Below are positions 25,331 through 38,804 of a DNA stretch of 64,000 nt, one piece after another. This DNA is from Hemiscyllium ocellatum. Taxonomy: Eukaryota. Within the stretch, counting starts at the first letter, position 1; each line of letters begins with the position of its first letter. The stretch is taken from NCBI RefSeq assembly GCF_020745735.1, contig NC_083417.1, positions 55,924,001-55,988,000 on the forward strand. Reading direction: 5' to 3'. Made by a program: the position numbers and the translations under genes. The notes under the pieces are model-generated. The model searched no databases. It had not been told where the DNA came from and was given only the letters and a program-made list of their open reading frames with translations.

Positions 25331-27037
25331 AATAAAATATAGGATTCTTTGCACTGAGTCTAAACATGACTCATTCTTTATCAGAAATGTGAAATGTGTA
25401 AATACTTGCCTCCTTCAGTCTCTCCTTTATCCCAAAGTCAAATTTTAAAAACTCAAACTTGGCATTACTTAACCTGTGCTAACACAGTTCTTTTCTTTTC
25501 TCTCCTACTCTTTTGATTCTTGGTGTACTGCCCCAGGAACCTTGCTCTCCCGCAACAAAAAAATGTCCTTTGCCTCACTGTAATGGATATTATTTTCCTC
25601 TCTCCATTCCTTCTGACTGCACTGGCTCAATATGTACAAACCTGTCCCATTAAAGTATGCCCAACTCCAACCTGATTTAATACTACCTGATCACAACACG
25701 CTGCTGTAATCTCAGAGGTAACACTAGGGTACCTCCTGTTGCAAAGTGAAATAAGTGGATATTGGAAGTAATGAAAAGGTGTCTTGGGCAAAAGAGGAGA
25801 AGTTTGGCTTAAAAAATAATAGCCAGGATTTTACAATCAGGAGTGAAAGAATGGTGTTCATCTTTGCCCGTGCTTTACAATTCCCCACAGACTTGTGTAG
25901 GCTTTTGAGCAACAATTCATTATTCCTCAATAGCCTTTTCATTGCCCTATCTTCTTCAGGACACCTGTAACATGTAAAAGTAGGGCAAGCAACAGAGAGA
26001 GTCCTCAACCAATAAGATTAAAAATCCTCCCAAAGTCTCACAGACTCTCAACAAATAAGTATAAATTAGAATATTTAGTGATAAAATCATGTCATAAAAT
26101 GTGAAATAAAAGGAGGAAAACAGAATGGAAAGAAAGATATCCTTGTGAATTGTCATAAACTACTTTTGAAAATGCTTATAAAAACAAGCTGTTGTTGAAA
26201 GAAATAAAAGTGATAGAAAGCAGGTGTAAAAAAATACATTCTTAAAAATTCTACAACAATTAAATTCTGAAGAACAAGACTACACAATTGTAAAAGTAAC
26301 ATTTCAGTGCTGCAGAGGCCATTTGGCAGTCAAGACATACCACACCAAGAAAAGGAATTTGTACCTAAATGTGCAAGCCCTTACATTTAGTGAATGACAA
26401 GTAGATAAGGACTGAAAATCCAGGGTCTACTGGCAAGTAACTTATTTGGCAAAGCTGTTGCAGGAGCAAGGCAAAAGAGAAATCAACTTCTTGGTTACTC
26501 CATTGTGCAGGCTCTTGAAGATATTATCCAATTTACTCCATAACAACAGCAGAGCAGCGAAAGCCTCGAAATAGCAACACTTTAAGTTATAATAAAGCAC
26601 TTAAATGAACAACTCAGCCAACAGAAGTAGACTCAACAGGTCCAATAGCATGACTTCAGATTCAAATCAATAAATATCTGAACCAAGAGGGAATGCTTTA
26701 TGAAGAAATCACATTCTATTTACCGGACCATTTCAGAGCACAGCATTAACAACTTCAAGGTCAAGAAATAAATATAAGCACCAGAAAATGTAATAACCTT
26801 TCTCACTTTTTGCAGAGGATGACAACATGAACCTCGGTTATCCACATCTCTTTCTGAACCCTTCTAACTTTCAAGTTACTGGAAATGGTTCGAAAAATCA
26901 TGTAAATTAATTACGAATGAACTCTGTACTAACAAATAATATTTTAGACTTTGCTTTAACACATTCTGATTTTCACACCAGATGTTTTTTGCATTAAAGG
27001 ACAAAACTAAACAAGAAATAACAGAGGAGGTGCATAC

Positions 27038-27177
27038 CTGAGAGAATCAAGCTGATATCTGGTCTGCTTTGTAAGGCACGTTTAGCAGCTATTGGTTGGT
27101 GTGCCAACAATACTATAGCATCTTTAGTACTGCAACCATCTAGTGCTTTATTTAAGTCCATACCATGTCCAGGATAC
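27038..27177 (-). CDS. TMPPE: TMPPE coding exon 4
   Basis: [46 protein letters not shown]; tgtag/gtatgc. Confidence 0.95.
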
Positions 27178-27301
27178 CTACACAAAAACAGCAACAGGCA
27201 GGTCATGAGATACACTAAAGTGATCAATAATACATGGGTAGAGTGATCCACCTAGCTCCTTTCATATCCTTGTTCTGTAATAGGGTACAGAGAGAGAGAG
27301 G

Positions 27302-27895
27302 TGTCATGGACCAGGCCAGACTCCCTCAAAACATTTCAAGAAGGTAGTCCAGACCCTAACTTTTCTAGTTGTTGCAAGCAGGTGAGATATGTATGTACCA
27401 GGAGTGATGTAGCTGGCCCAACCTCTCTGTTTTGAATAAAACAGGATTTATTTACACACAAACAAATGAGTACAGAACATTGAATAACTTATCTGAAAAC
27501 CCAATCGATTCATCGCAGCTTAATGATGCTGTTCGAAATACTTGCAATATTCCCACAAATATCCCTTGGCAAAAAGATCAATTTAAACACAGGTTTTTAC
27601 AGGAGAGAGACTGTAGAGAGACAGGATCAGCAAGGAGCTGTTTCCAGCAGCTTCTCTGACTTCCCAGCTAAAACCTGACTAGCAATTGCAAAACAGCCAG
27701 ACTGCTAAAACCTAACCAAACCCTGAACAGGGAGAATTGGCTGCTCCCCTTTCATTGTTCAAGTGATTTTTTGTCAAACATAAAAGCTTCTTCAAGTAGA
27801 TCAACCCAGACATATCAGAACCTCCGACTTCACGATCCATCTGGAAAAAGAAACCAAGGATAACATGATCTCGTTAAAGGAGCAGCATTATCACA
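27302..27895. mobile_element. Solo LTR (copy 2 of 3, best-preserved ends)
   Basis: TGTCA...TCACA termini (TG...CA); homologous to the ~10665 and ~56550 copies. Confidence 0.75.
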
Positions 27896-28634
27896 GAGAT
27901 AAGATTTGCTCTTAATCTCTCAGACCCAGCTTTGTACTCCTCATTTTCCAGTTCTATTGAAATACTATTTCTTGTTAAACTTTTTTAAAAAAATATTGAC
28001 ATAAGGACATTCCACTAAGTGGTTCAGGGTAGAGTCTTTTTCTGATATCTTGGTACTCAGCAGTTTTTTAAGCAACTTGCATAAAGAGAAAAGCAACTTA
28101 ATATTGCAGTACTTAATATCTCCGTTTTCTCCCCTTGGATATTCCTCTCCACCAGCCCCACCACAAAAAGCTCAGACGTGGAACTAAGGCGGCTGACAAA
28201 TGTGCCACTGCCCATTATAATTTGCAGCTCCGAATTGATCTTTAGGGGAGGAGATTAATTCAACACAGAGGTAATACATTCCACACTCCAGAGCCTCTGT
28301 TCAATACCTTAGCTGAGATAAGGAATAAAGACTTCGGGCAATCTAACCCACAGTAAATTCTGTCACAGCAAAGACAGCAGTCCGGCTACAACCCAGGGGC
28401 CCTTACGATGTTGATCTGGTTCCCTTCACTGGGATTTAGTTCTAGCTATCTGATTTCCCCCTGATTGGCTGGTAAATAAGTTGGACCTTCAAGTGTCTAC
28501 TAATGGGGAGGCCAAATGTAATTAAAGTGCCCACAGGTAATTAAATGGCCAGCATCTGGTCTTTCACATACTTGAATCCCAAGTGGGGTGGGGATTCCAA
28601 CCCTACAGCTGTCAGCCATTCTCCAAAGGCTCTC

Positions 28635-28860
28635 TTGTGGTGCCGTGGCAGTGTCCCTACGCCTGGACTGGGAGGCCTGGGTTCAAGTCTCACCTGCTTT
28701 AGATGTGTGTCATGACAGGTTCCTCAGTTAGGCACTGGTTGTCTGTTAACCACTAAACAAGACTGTAACAATGTCCTATCTCTGAACCAGGAAGCCTGGG
28801 CTCAAATCCAAACAGCTCTAGGGGTATACCAGGACATCTCTGAACAGGTTGGTTCGAAAT
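28635..28860 (+). mobile_element. Two tandem decayed tRNA-derived SINE heads
   Basis: Repeated gtgtccctac...ggaggcctgggttcaagtc / atgtcctatc...ggaagcctgggctcaaatcc with B-box-like motifs. Confidence 0.5.
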
Positions 28861-29736
28861 CTAGTCTGCTTAGCAACCTTCAGGAGACTGTAAAATATCT
28901 GATGCACCACTAAATTCCGATGGGCTCAGGGATAAACATTAAATTCTGTGTTTTTAAGAAAATGCTATTTCACGATTTCAATTATTACGTGGTACTCAAG
29001 TACATTTTTTTTAAAAATCATAGAATGTTTACAAAATAATTTCAAAGTCCAAAATTCCCATTTTTGGGGTCAATTTTCAAACTGAGATATAAGGTGCATT
29101 TGAGGGTTTTCCCAGGTCTGCAACATCTACAAAGTGCCTCCGATTTCAAGAGTACCTTCTCATGCATGGAATGGGGTATACCATTGTCTCACTAGAACAA
29201 TCCAATAAAACCATGCACGCAGCTATATTTGGATTCAAACAGTTACTTTATAAAAACTGATGGCCTCCATTTTTTCAATTCATTTCATTATTCTCCATCC
29301 ATCCTTGAAGTTAAGGCACCATACCTGGCCATTTAACCAATCCTGCACAGCAAATGCTATTGGCATAATTTTCAAAGTTGCGTATTATTTTCACAATCTT
29401 TATCTCGGTTTAAATAAAGGACGTAGTAGTCTGAATCACACGGGAATGTGTGGCTTGAACTTTACGTTCAGGGAAAGGAAATCTGCAAGGTTTCACTTTG
29501 ACAAGTATGCAGTTGTGCATTACATTTCAGTGAATAAATCACTGACTTTTTGTTGAAAGGGAAAATGTAACAAACTTCCTTTTTGCTTTTTGTACATGAC
29601 TCAATGAGGAAAAAGGAGGCCCGCTACTGTGTGCGAGATATTTGACTTTCTCAGAAAAGCTGCTGCATTCTATACCTTTGGAACACATTCCACAAGGCTG
29701 AGTACACAGTGTCAGATTGGAAAAAGATGAACCCAC

Positions 29737-29902
29737 CGTAACATCTCTGCTTCGATGTCATCAACCCCAGCCAGACAGAACCAGTCCTTGTCCTCACGGA
29801 GACTGTGAATCTTCACATGGTCATTGTGGAGCGGCCGGATATTTAGGGACTGTAGATGCTTAAACCAGTTAGTGATATCAGCACTGTAATAGTCGTGGTT
29901 AC
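29737..29902 (-). CDS. TMPPE: TMPPE coding exon 3
   Basis: GNHDYYSADITNWFKHLQSLNIRPLHNDHVKI...WFCLAGVDDIEAEMLR; cccag/gtgggt; GNH motif. Confidence 0.95.
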
Positions 29903-30124
29903 CTGGGAGTCATTCAAAAAGGTGACACACTCGTTACTACGGTTTATTCAGCCACACCACACTTCCATCAGTTGTCTCAAATTAACGAGGTTAAAAAAAA
30001 TGAGGGAGAACATGCTCATGAATTCTATGATATCCGAACAATCAAGAGAAAAGACTGGAAATCCTGATTGCCAGCATAATCAGAATGTGAGAATCCTTGT
30101 AACATGGTAAACATGGGAATATTT

Positions 30125-33120
30125 TTTATTATTTCACATCATGGGGGCATCGCTGACTAGGGCAGCATCTATTGCCTATCCCCAAATGTTCTTGAGAAGA
30201 ACATGACAAGCTGCCTTCTCGAACTTTTGCAGTCCATCTGGGTGTAGCTAAACCCAAAGACGTTGTAGGTTTTTGAGTCAATGATAGAGAACAGAGACAT
30301 ATTTGATATACTTCCAAATTAGGATGGTGTATAGCTTGGAGGAGAACTTGCAGCTGGGAGAATTAATGTGCTTTCTAGATGGTGGAGATCACAGGTTTGG
30401 AAGGTGCTATCAAAGGAGTCTTGCGCATTGACAGTGGGAGGGAAAAGATTTTTTAAGACATTGATCAAGTCAGTGCTTTGACCCTGATGACATTGAGTTG
30501 TTCGAGCTGCAGTCTTCCAGATAACTAGAAAATATTCCATTATACTCCTGACTTGGGTCTGGAAAATACAGGACAGACTTTGGGAAACAAGAGGTCATAG
30601 AATTCTCAGTCTTAACCTGGTATTGTAGTTATGGTAATTATATAGTTGGTCCAGTTCAGTTTCTGCTGAATGGTAAACTTCGAGATGTTGAAAGTAGGGA
30701 TTCAGCAATGGTAATGCCATTAAATGTCAAGGTGCAATGGTTAGATTTTCTCTTGTTAGAGACAGTCATTGCCTGGAACTTAAGTGACAAGTTAAATTCA
30801 CAGCATACCCAGTCTGGGAATTAGTGTTGTCCAGGTCTTGCTGCATGCAAAACTGAACTGATTCAATATCTGAAGTGTCACAAACAAGACTGAGTTCTGC
30901 ACAATCATCAGTAGTCATACTTATTTCTGCCTTCATGATCAAAGAATTGAATCACAGACCCTACAGTGTGGAAGCAGGCCATTCGACCTCTCGAGTCCAC
31001 ACCAATCCTCCAGGGCATCCCATCCAGACTCACCCCCTACCCTACAACCTTGTATTTCCTATGAGTAACCAACCTCGTCTACACACCCCTGGACAATTTA
31101 GCATAGCCAATCCACCCAACCTGCAAATCTTTGAACTGTGGGAGAAAATTGGAGCATCCAGAGGAAATCCACACAGACACCGAGAAAACATGCATCGCCA
31201 CACAGGCAGTCACCCAAAGGTGGGATCGAACCCAGGTCCCTGGCACTCTGAGGCAGCAGTGCTAACCACTGAGCCACTGTGCTGCCCTGACAGACAGAGT
31301 CACTGATAAAGCTGCTGAAAATGATCGGGTCTAGAACATTACCATGAGTAACTCCTGTAGTGATATCCGGGGGTCAAGATGATTTGTGGTTATTGGAAAC
31401 CATCATCCTTCCTGCTACTGGTTATAATTCAACAATAAACAGCTACCCCTGTTCCACTGCAATTTCCATTGACTTCAATTTTGCCAGGACTTTCTAATGT
31501 TGCATATGATCAAAAGTTACCTTGAAGTCAAGCACAGTCAGTTACTCTAATCCTGCCCCTGGAGCAGCTCTTTACCAAGACTGTAATGAGGTCAGAAGCA
31601 GGGAACCAGGCAGAACCCAAACGGAGAACCAGTGAGCAGGTTATTGTTGGGCAGATGCCACTTGATAGCACTGATGTTGACACTATCACTTCACTGATGA
31701 TTAAGAATACACTGATGAGATGGTAATTGGCTGAAGTGAATTGATGTCAACAAGATATACCTGGACAATGCTCTACATTGTGGTGTGCATGCCAGTATTA
31801 TAGCTGACCTAGAAGAGCTTGGCTAGAGGGTGTGGCTTGTTCTGAAGTTCATGCACGACAGTCAGGATCCTGTTTGGGCCCAATGCCTTTGTGGTACCCA
31901 GTGACTTCATCCACTGAATCACAGATGATTGATACTTGTGATGCTGGGGACCTCTGGTGGAGGCTGAGTCAGATCATTCATTCAAAATGACGACAAATGC
32001 TTCAGCCTCGTCTTTGGAATTTATACCTCCTCACCTCCCCCGATCATTACGGATTGGGGTTATTAGTGGAGCTTCCTCTTACTGTTAGCTCGTTTGATCA
32101 TTCACCATTATTAATAACTTTCTGTGGCAGGACTACAGAGCTTAGAATTGATTTGTTGGTGTGGGATCACACAGCTCAGTCTATCACATTTTGCCTTCCA
32201 TGTAGCCCACACCAGTAGTTCTGTGTCGTGACTTCACCAGGTTGGCAATTTTAAATATGCCTGATGTGCTCTTGGCATGCTCCTATACCTTCCTCTTAGA
32301 ACCAGAGGTGATCCCCTGGCTTGAGTGGACATATACTGGGCCGTAAAGATACAAACGAGGTTGAATACAATCCTCTTGCTGTTGATGGTCAACAGCACCT
32401 TGTGAGTACCCAGTTTGGAGTTGCTAGATCAGTTCTGAATCCATCAGAATTGTATCAAATTGGTAGTGCCATACATGATGAAGCACACCCTCAATGTGAA
32501 GTCTTCACAACAAATATTCAATGGTCATTCCTACTAGCCTATCATGGACACATGAATTTGTAACAGGTAGACTGATGAGGGTGAGGTAAAGTAGACTTTC
32601 CTTTTTTATTGATTCGCTCACCATTTGCTTCAGACCCACTTGGTTGACATATCTTTCCACACTCAGCCAACTTGGTCAGCACTGGTGCTATCAAGTCATA
32701 CTGGGAATTAAAGACCGTCCCTCCAGATTATGTTCTGCGCCCTTGCTACCCTCAAAGCATCTCCAAGTAGACAGTATAAAACTCGAGAATTTCATGCCCT
32801 TGTTTGGCCTGATGCCATGATAGTACATGGGTCCAGAGTCAAATTTTGAGAATGCACAGGGCCACTTCCTCCCAAATGTGTACCACCGTACCATCTTCTC
32901 TGTTGATCTGTCCTGCCAGTGGGACAAGGCTTTTGATGGAGTGGTCTGGTTGTAAGGTATAATTCTGGGAATGTGATTAAGTCAGGCTGTTGTTTTACTT
33001 GTCTGTGGCTGCTCTCGTAAATTTGTCACAAATCCTCAGACTTCAGTGATAACTTTCATGGTCAACTGAACAGAGTGTGACTTTCTGGTTTTTGGTGCCT
33101 AGGTCTGTGAGTTTTATTCT
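30125..33120 (-). mobile_element. Old decayed LINE (CR1/L2-group)
   Basis: 3' end matches the reverse complement of the ggcaataaatgctg tail family; RT-like decayed sequence throughout; no long ORF. Confidence 0.55.
30945..31288 (-). mobile_element. HE1/V-SINE-like element, near full length
   Basis: tRNA-like head gggcagcacagtggctcagtggttagcactgctgcctca...gggttcgatccc, V-core and CR1-like tail. Confidence 0.8.
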
Positions 33121-33468
33121 TTGTCGCCCTCTCTGTAGCAGAATTTGGATTTAGACTTAATTTGTATTTGCCATGCATGTCTATTTTACATACATTTGCA
33201 ATACACCTGCACAGAAACATTTACAAATTACACACTGTTTGGTGAGTGGGATTTTTTCCAATTATTTAAGAGGTTGGTGCACCCTTAGAATGCTGAAAGA
33301 TTCAGGGAAAGGTCTGCCTTCTTGGACTAATTCATTTTGCATGGGTTCATCCTGCGTATTGTGACATGGAAAATAAAAATCTATACATTTAATTCCTCTA
33401 ATTCCCAATTTGTTTTAATAAAGCATAGTTTCAAGGGCTGTTACTTGTTAAATGAAGAGAACCTTTAC

Positions 33469-33579
33469 CTGTAACAAAGTATGTCCCTAATTTTGGCATC
33501 AGCTGTCGTAGTGGTTCTGTGGCTTTTCGGAGGTTGACTACCTGAGAGTCTGAGAGGTCACCAACAATCACAATGATAT
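33469..33579 (-). CDS. TMPPE: TMPPE coding exon 2
   Basis: [37 protein letters not shown]; ttttcag/gtaaag; GDxxD motif. Confidence 0.95.
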
Positions 33580-34329
33580 CTGAAAATCATATAGTTAGTT
33601 AGATAACGTTTACTATCTCACTAATTCAAAATAAATCATGGCCATATGTACAGCAATATTTGTCAGAAACATGTGGACAATATTGTCGTTGTTTTTGCTT
33701 TTCTTTGACTTCCTAGGAATAATTAGAACAAAACACACCCAGTCCACGTCAACACTGCCCAACTTCCACAAGAAGTTAATTGCAATTGCTATTCTTAACC
33801 CATAACTTTCCACTCACTAATCCAACCTCATGCTGTACGTTGACAGTTTCCCTCAACCATCATCCTCCAAGTGAATTCCACATCCTCGCAGCTCTGTGCA
33901 AAACATGTGCAAAATCTGCCCTATCTTCTAAATCAGAGTGCAACTGTATTATACATTTCAGAATTCATTTTGGTCCCTGATCCATACTGAGCGAGCTAAT
34001 CTCAACTGTATTTAGCATGGGAACATTTGGCTGCAGTGCACTGCAGGAAGGAGGAAGGCAAATAAATAAAACTCAGAATAACGCACTCTGACAGGAGGGC
34101 AAAATTGATCTTGCTTTTGATATCCTTTAAATTCTACAGCTCTACACATGCTCACTGACATGGGCTATTTGAGAAAAGGGTAGCCCTAGACTGCAACTTG
34201 GCGAGTGTCACTCAAGCCATGTGAACTGTAAGTGTTGATCGAGAGGGACATAAAACAGCAAACTACCAGTGGACATGGTTAAGAAAGAAGACACAATTCA
34301 TCCCATGTGCTATTACACAGGAATTAAAC

Positions 34330-36050
34330 AAGCAGGAGCAGGACTGGGTCCTTAGCCTCACCACTCAATAAAAACACAACTGATCTTCCAACTCAATCCT
34401 ACCTTTCTGCTCCTCATAGCCCTTGATTCGCTAAAAGAAATATCTGTCACATTGGATTTTAAATATTTTCAAAGATCGCGCATCTACAACCTTTTTGGGT
34501 TAACAATTCTAAAGTTTTACCAACCTTTGAATGAAGGGAATTCTCTTTGTCTAAATCCTAAATGACTGACCTGGAGATTATGTTTTTGTGGTTGATTTTC
34601 CCAAAGAAGGGGAAACCACCTCTCAGTGTCTACCTTGGCAAATCCCTTCAGAACCTCATGTGTTTCAATTGGATTACCTCTCATATTACTAAACTTGGAA
34701 GAATTCAGGCCAATTCACTTTGTGCTTAAGAGGGAAAAACCTAGGAAAGAATCTAGTGAACCTTTATTACATTGCCTCCAATATGAGTACATCCTAGCTG
34801 AAATATGAAGACCAACACTACAGCTCTGTACAATTGTAGCAAGATTTCATTATTCTTCTATTTGAATCCCCTTGCAATAAAGGTCAACATGCTGTTTGTC
34901 TTACTGTATCTGCACATTAGGTTCTTATGTTTTTGGACAACTATTCCCAAACATCTCTAAACATTAATATTTAGGGGCTTTAAGTCTTTATTTCTGTTCT
35001 TACCACTAAGTGAATAACTTCACACTTCTACATATACTCATTTTACAAACCTATTGTTAACTCATTTAACCAGTCTATATCACTTTGCAGCTTAATTGCA
35101 CCCTCCTCTCAGCTTGTATTTCTAAATAGCGTTGTATTGTTAGCGAACCTGGAAACATTCTCAATTTCTCAGAGTGAATCAATAAAATTGATTATAAATG
35201 GTGCAGGCCCCAGCACTGATTCTAGTCACAGCTTGCCAACTTGAAAATGACACCATCTGCTTCCCCTTCATTATCATTCCTCTATCCATGTTATTATATC
35301 ACTTTAAACTTAATGAAGCATTATCTTTTGATTTAACTTTTTGTGTGGTATATTGATCAAATGCATTTTAAACTCTTATTGACAAAATACTAAAAAAGAA
35401 TTGTCTAAAATGATACTCTGACAAAATCATGGTAACTTTGATTATGCTATGATTCGCAACTGTGTTTTAAAACTTGCTTGATAATAGGTTCCAACATTTT
35501 GGGCTAACTGATCTGTAATTCCCAGTTTTCTGTCTCCATCCTTTCATCAGTAGTTGCATTATATTTGCTAACTTCCAATCCACTGAGATCTTTCTAAAGT
35601 CTAAGACATTTTGGAAAGTTGTAGCTACTGTATACACTGTTTTAAAATGCTCCAATTTAGGCTGTTCGATGTCATCCACTTTATCAGCTTTTTGACCCTG
35701 AAGTTTCTTGAATACTTTTTATCTAATGCTATTAATTAGATTCATTCTTCACCTTTATTAACCCTATGGTTAATTTGTGGGATTACTCATTAAATCTGCC
35801 TCATTATACAGGGCTAGTTTTATGTCAAGTTGGTTCGATAAGAAACAGGAGCAAAAACAGGCCAACGTATTGCTTCAGAAAATGGTTATGGAAGTATTCT
35901 ACAAAATTATGTCCCAGATTGCCTTTGTCAATTTGATTTTCCAGTCTATATGCATGTTAAAGACCACACAAATTTTGCATTGCCTTTGTTACAAGCTCCA
36001 ATTATTTATTGTTTGATAATGGTAGATGTTTTGTTAACTACTCCCAACAG
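34330..36050 (-). mobile_element. Old decayed CR1 LINE
   Basis: Remnant DWKLANIMQL...KTGNYRSVS. Confidence 0.6.
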
Positions 36051-36602
36051 CAGCTTCTGGCCATTTTTTTTTGTTCTTAAATTTCCACCAATACATATTA
36101 TACTCCCTGATCTTGTCAGGCAGGATCCTTCCTATTCCTGTTCTTATATCCCATTACTTCAGGGTGATTTCTCATTTTAAATTATTGGTTGTCTTTTCAA
36201 AATGTTCAAAATATCCTGCAATATTTATTTCCCAACCTTGATCAGCTTGTAACTACATCCCCATCATGGCAATTGGATCAAGACTATTCATCTCTAATTG
36301 TCCTGCTGATTCATCTATTTTGTGCATACATTACACATTCAAAAACAGCCTTGCTTTTCTTTTAATAATTATTGTATACATGGACCTAACTTGACTCTGA
36401 CTGCAACCAGGTGGCATGTGCTAGCTCAGGTAACCATGCAAAGCTCGAGGTTCTGCCTTTTAATTTGGAGCCCAACTTCTCAAACTCTCCATGTGAACTG
36501 TTCTTTCTAACTTCAGGTTTCCAATGCAGAAAGGAGGTTTTGCCCTCTTTGGCTTGGCTCTTGTTGAAGCATGGGGATCCATTTATTAACTATGCAGCGT
36601 AC

Positions 36603-37299
36603 CTGGATTGAGTTCATTGACCATCTTCACAACTGTTTCAAGTTTGGTCCTTCCTACTGTGGGCCCTAGGTGAATGTCAGCTAACAAAACCATCCTCAAA
36701 TTATGGAATGACTGAGGTAGTTTGTGGACAGGTATTTCCACCTGTTTGACGAGAGGAGGCTGCCGAGCATTGTGAAGGCCCACAATAGTGCAGCTAACAC
36801 TGAAGAGGAGGGCCAGGAGCAACTTGACTGTATTGCGGCTGTGAGAGGGGGCAGCCCGGCTGAAGGGCAGCAGCTTGTGGGCCTGTTCCAGGAGCCCAAG
36901 CACCAGGAGGCTGAAAATGAGGAAGACGTACATCCCCAGGCAGGTGTAGGAGACCAGGGAAAAGAGGTGAGGCTCTTCTGACACCAAGGCCAGCAGGGAG
37001 AAGAAGCTGGAGTGAGCCAGGAGGAGGAAAAGCCACACAGCCACCTTCCAGCCGGTGAAACACTGGGAGCCATGGGCGGAGAGAGTGTGCAGGTTGGACA
37101 CGGCCCTCTTCCAGATGTACCTCGAACCGATTGACATGAGGCAGTTGATGAAGAGCAGGAACTGCACCCGGAATAGCTGCAACAGGGTCGTCTGGTCGAA
37201 GTAGTCGCCGAAACTCCGCGAAATGACCATGGAGCAAAGTACAGCAGCGGCCGCCAGGGAGACCCGGACCTCCCAGGACAACCTGCCCAGAGACAACAT
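36603..37299 (-). CDS. TMPPE: TMPPE coding exon 1 (TM helices plus DxH motif)
   Basis: MLSLGRLSWEV...LAHSSFF...EEPHLFSLVSYTCLG...LLADIHLGPTVGRTK; colinear with vertebrate TMPPE; donor G|gtacgc. Five exons total 1305 nt = 434 aa plus stop. Confidence 0.95.
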
Positions 37300-37680
37300 C
37301 TTCCAGCAACAACAACAACCACCCCGGGCCTCCTCTTCACAATCTCTGCTGCTGCTGCCCTCGTTGTCAATTCCACTCACTCACTCCCGGCGATTAATGC
37401 TGCAACAGTTGCATCAATCCAACAAACACCGCCAACTTCCTCAGTCACTCGCCGGGCCCTGCATTTCTGCAGCGCCCACCGCGTCCTCGGCTCCCGGGCA
37501 AGCAGCTTGGGGGCGGAGTGACAGCCCCGGGTTCCGTTGGAACGTGGGCCCGGAGATTCCGGGTTCGAAAACCTACCGCTCGACCGCGCGCGCCCTGCGA
37601 ACTGCAAAACCATAGCAACCCACTGTGGAGGTACCCTGCTGGCGCGAGGAACACTGTTATGATAACTCGCAGCAGCATTG
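37300..37680 (-). promoter_or_regulatory. CpG-rich promoter/5'UTR region of TMPPE
   Basis: CpG-rich stretch in an AT-rich background; GC box ggggcggag near 37510; RFX-like half site ccatagcaac near 37610-37619. Confidence 0.6.
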
Positions 37681-37762
37681 CAATCAAAAACAAAGCAGCC
37701 ATATACAAGTCAGGCATTTGATTGTCTTTATAGAAACTGAAAAAAAGCCTTTCAAACATGGA

Positions 37763-37845
37763 GTCAGGATGGCCGAGCGGTCTAAGGCGCTGCGTTCAGG
37801 TCGCAGTCTCCTCTGGAGGCGTGGGTTCGAATCCCACTCCTGACA
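37763..37845 (+). tRNA. tRNA-Leu(CAG)
   Basis: 83-nt GTCAGGATGGCCGAGCGGTCTAAGGCGCTGCGTTCAGGTCGCAG...GGTTCGAATCCCACTCCTGACA; intact stems, long variable arm, TTTT terminator at 37848-37851. Confidence 0.98.
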
Positions 37846-38804
37846 TCTTTTCCTTCTTTAAAAACTTAAATATCGATTTTTCAAAAAACTTCTATTCTCA
37901 CGTGCATGCGATGTCCTTAGAAAACAGTGCTTTTCACAAATTGCGAGAATTCTTAATATTCAATTATATATTTTGTCTGTGCGTATTCATATTGCACAGC
38001 AAAAGGGACTGTTCACATCTGTGTCACTTCTGAAAGAGATACGGAATTATATCTCTAAAGTATGCATATCCCCTTGTCTTCTAAAAGTTACAAGTGAATC
38101 AAACTCTATCACTCTTCAGTCAGCAAAATGTTTCCTTCTAACAATCGCAAGTAAAGGGGTAATTGTGAGCAGTTTAGGGAATTATCTGGGCAAGTGGAAG
38201 GTGGGTCGGTGGTTTACTGATTGTGATCATAATTCAGCTAAATTATGGAAAAGGGTCATGTGTATAAGTCGTATGTTGTGATAAATATAACTTTGCTAAG
38301 CTGAAGTATGACTGGCAAAAATGGTTTGGAAAATTGCGACTTTGCGGTAAATCATGTGATAGCAGTAGGAGGCAATCAAAGGTAAGAGAAAGCTGTCAGG
38401 TTCAGTGACCAGAAAGGAAAAGGATACAACACCTAAATCTTGACACCCCTCCCCAGAATACGAGTAATTACAGGTGTGTTCAACTTCGATGGCGGACAAT
38501 TAATTGAAAGAAAGTTTGAGAGTCTATAAATCATTATTCAGAAAGGTATGGAATAATCAAGGACAAAAAACATGGATTTATTAGGAAATCAAAGAGCCAT
38601 GGGATCCAAGGGACACTGACAAGTTGGATCCAAAGTTGTTTCAGTGACAGGAAACAAAGAATTATGGTTAATTTTTGTTTGTGACTGCCAGGCTGTTTCC
38701 AGTGGGTTTCCATAGTGTTCAGTACTGGCCTTGTTCTTCATTTTATGTATCAATGATTTAGATTAAAATAAAGGGAAAGCAATGAAGAAATTTGAGGATA
38801 ATAC

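Noticed and set aside
37300-37380. N-terminal extension MSGIDNEG...CCCCWK in the ORF track for TMPPE
   Set aside because: Starts at GTG; homology to TMPPE begins at the ATG at 37299
37505-37582. B-box-like gggttcgaaaacc suggesting a third tRNA or pseudo-tRNA
   Set aside because: No cloverleaf or A box can be built and the spacing deviates from consensus; at most an isolated TFIIIC-like site
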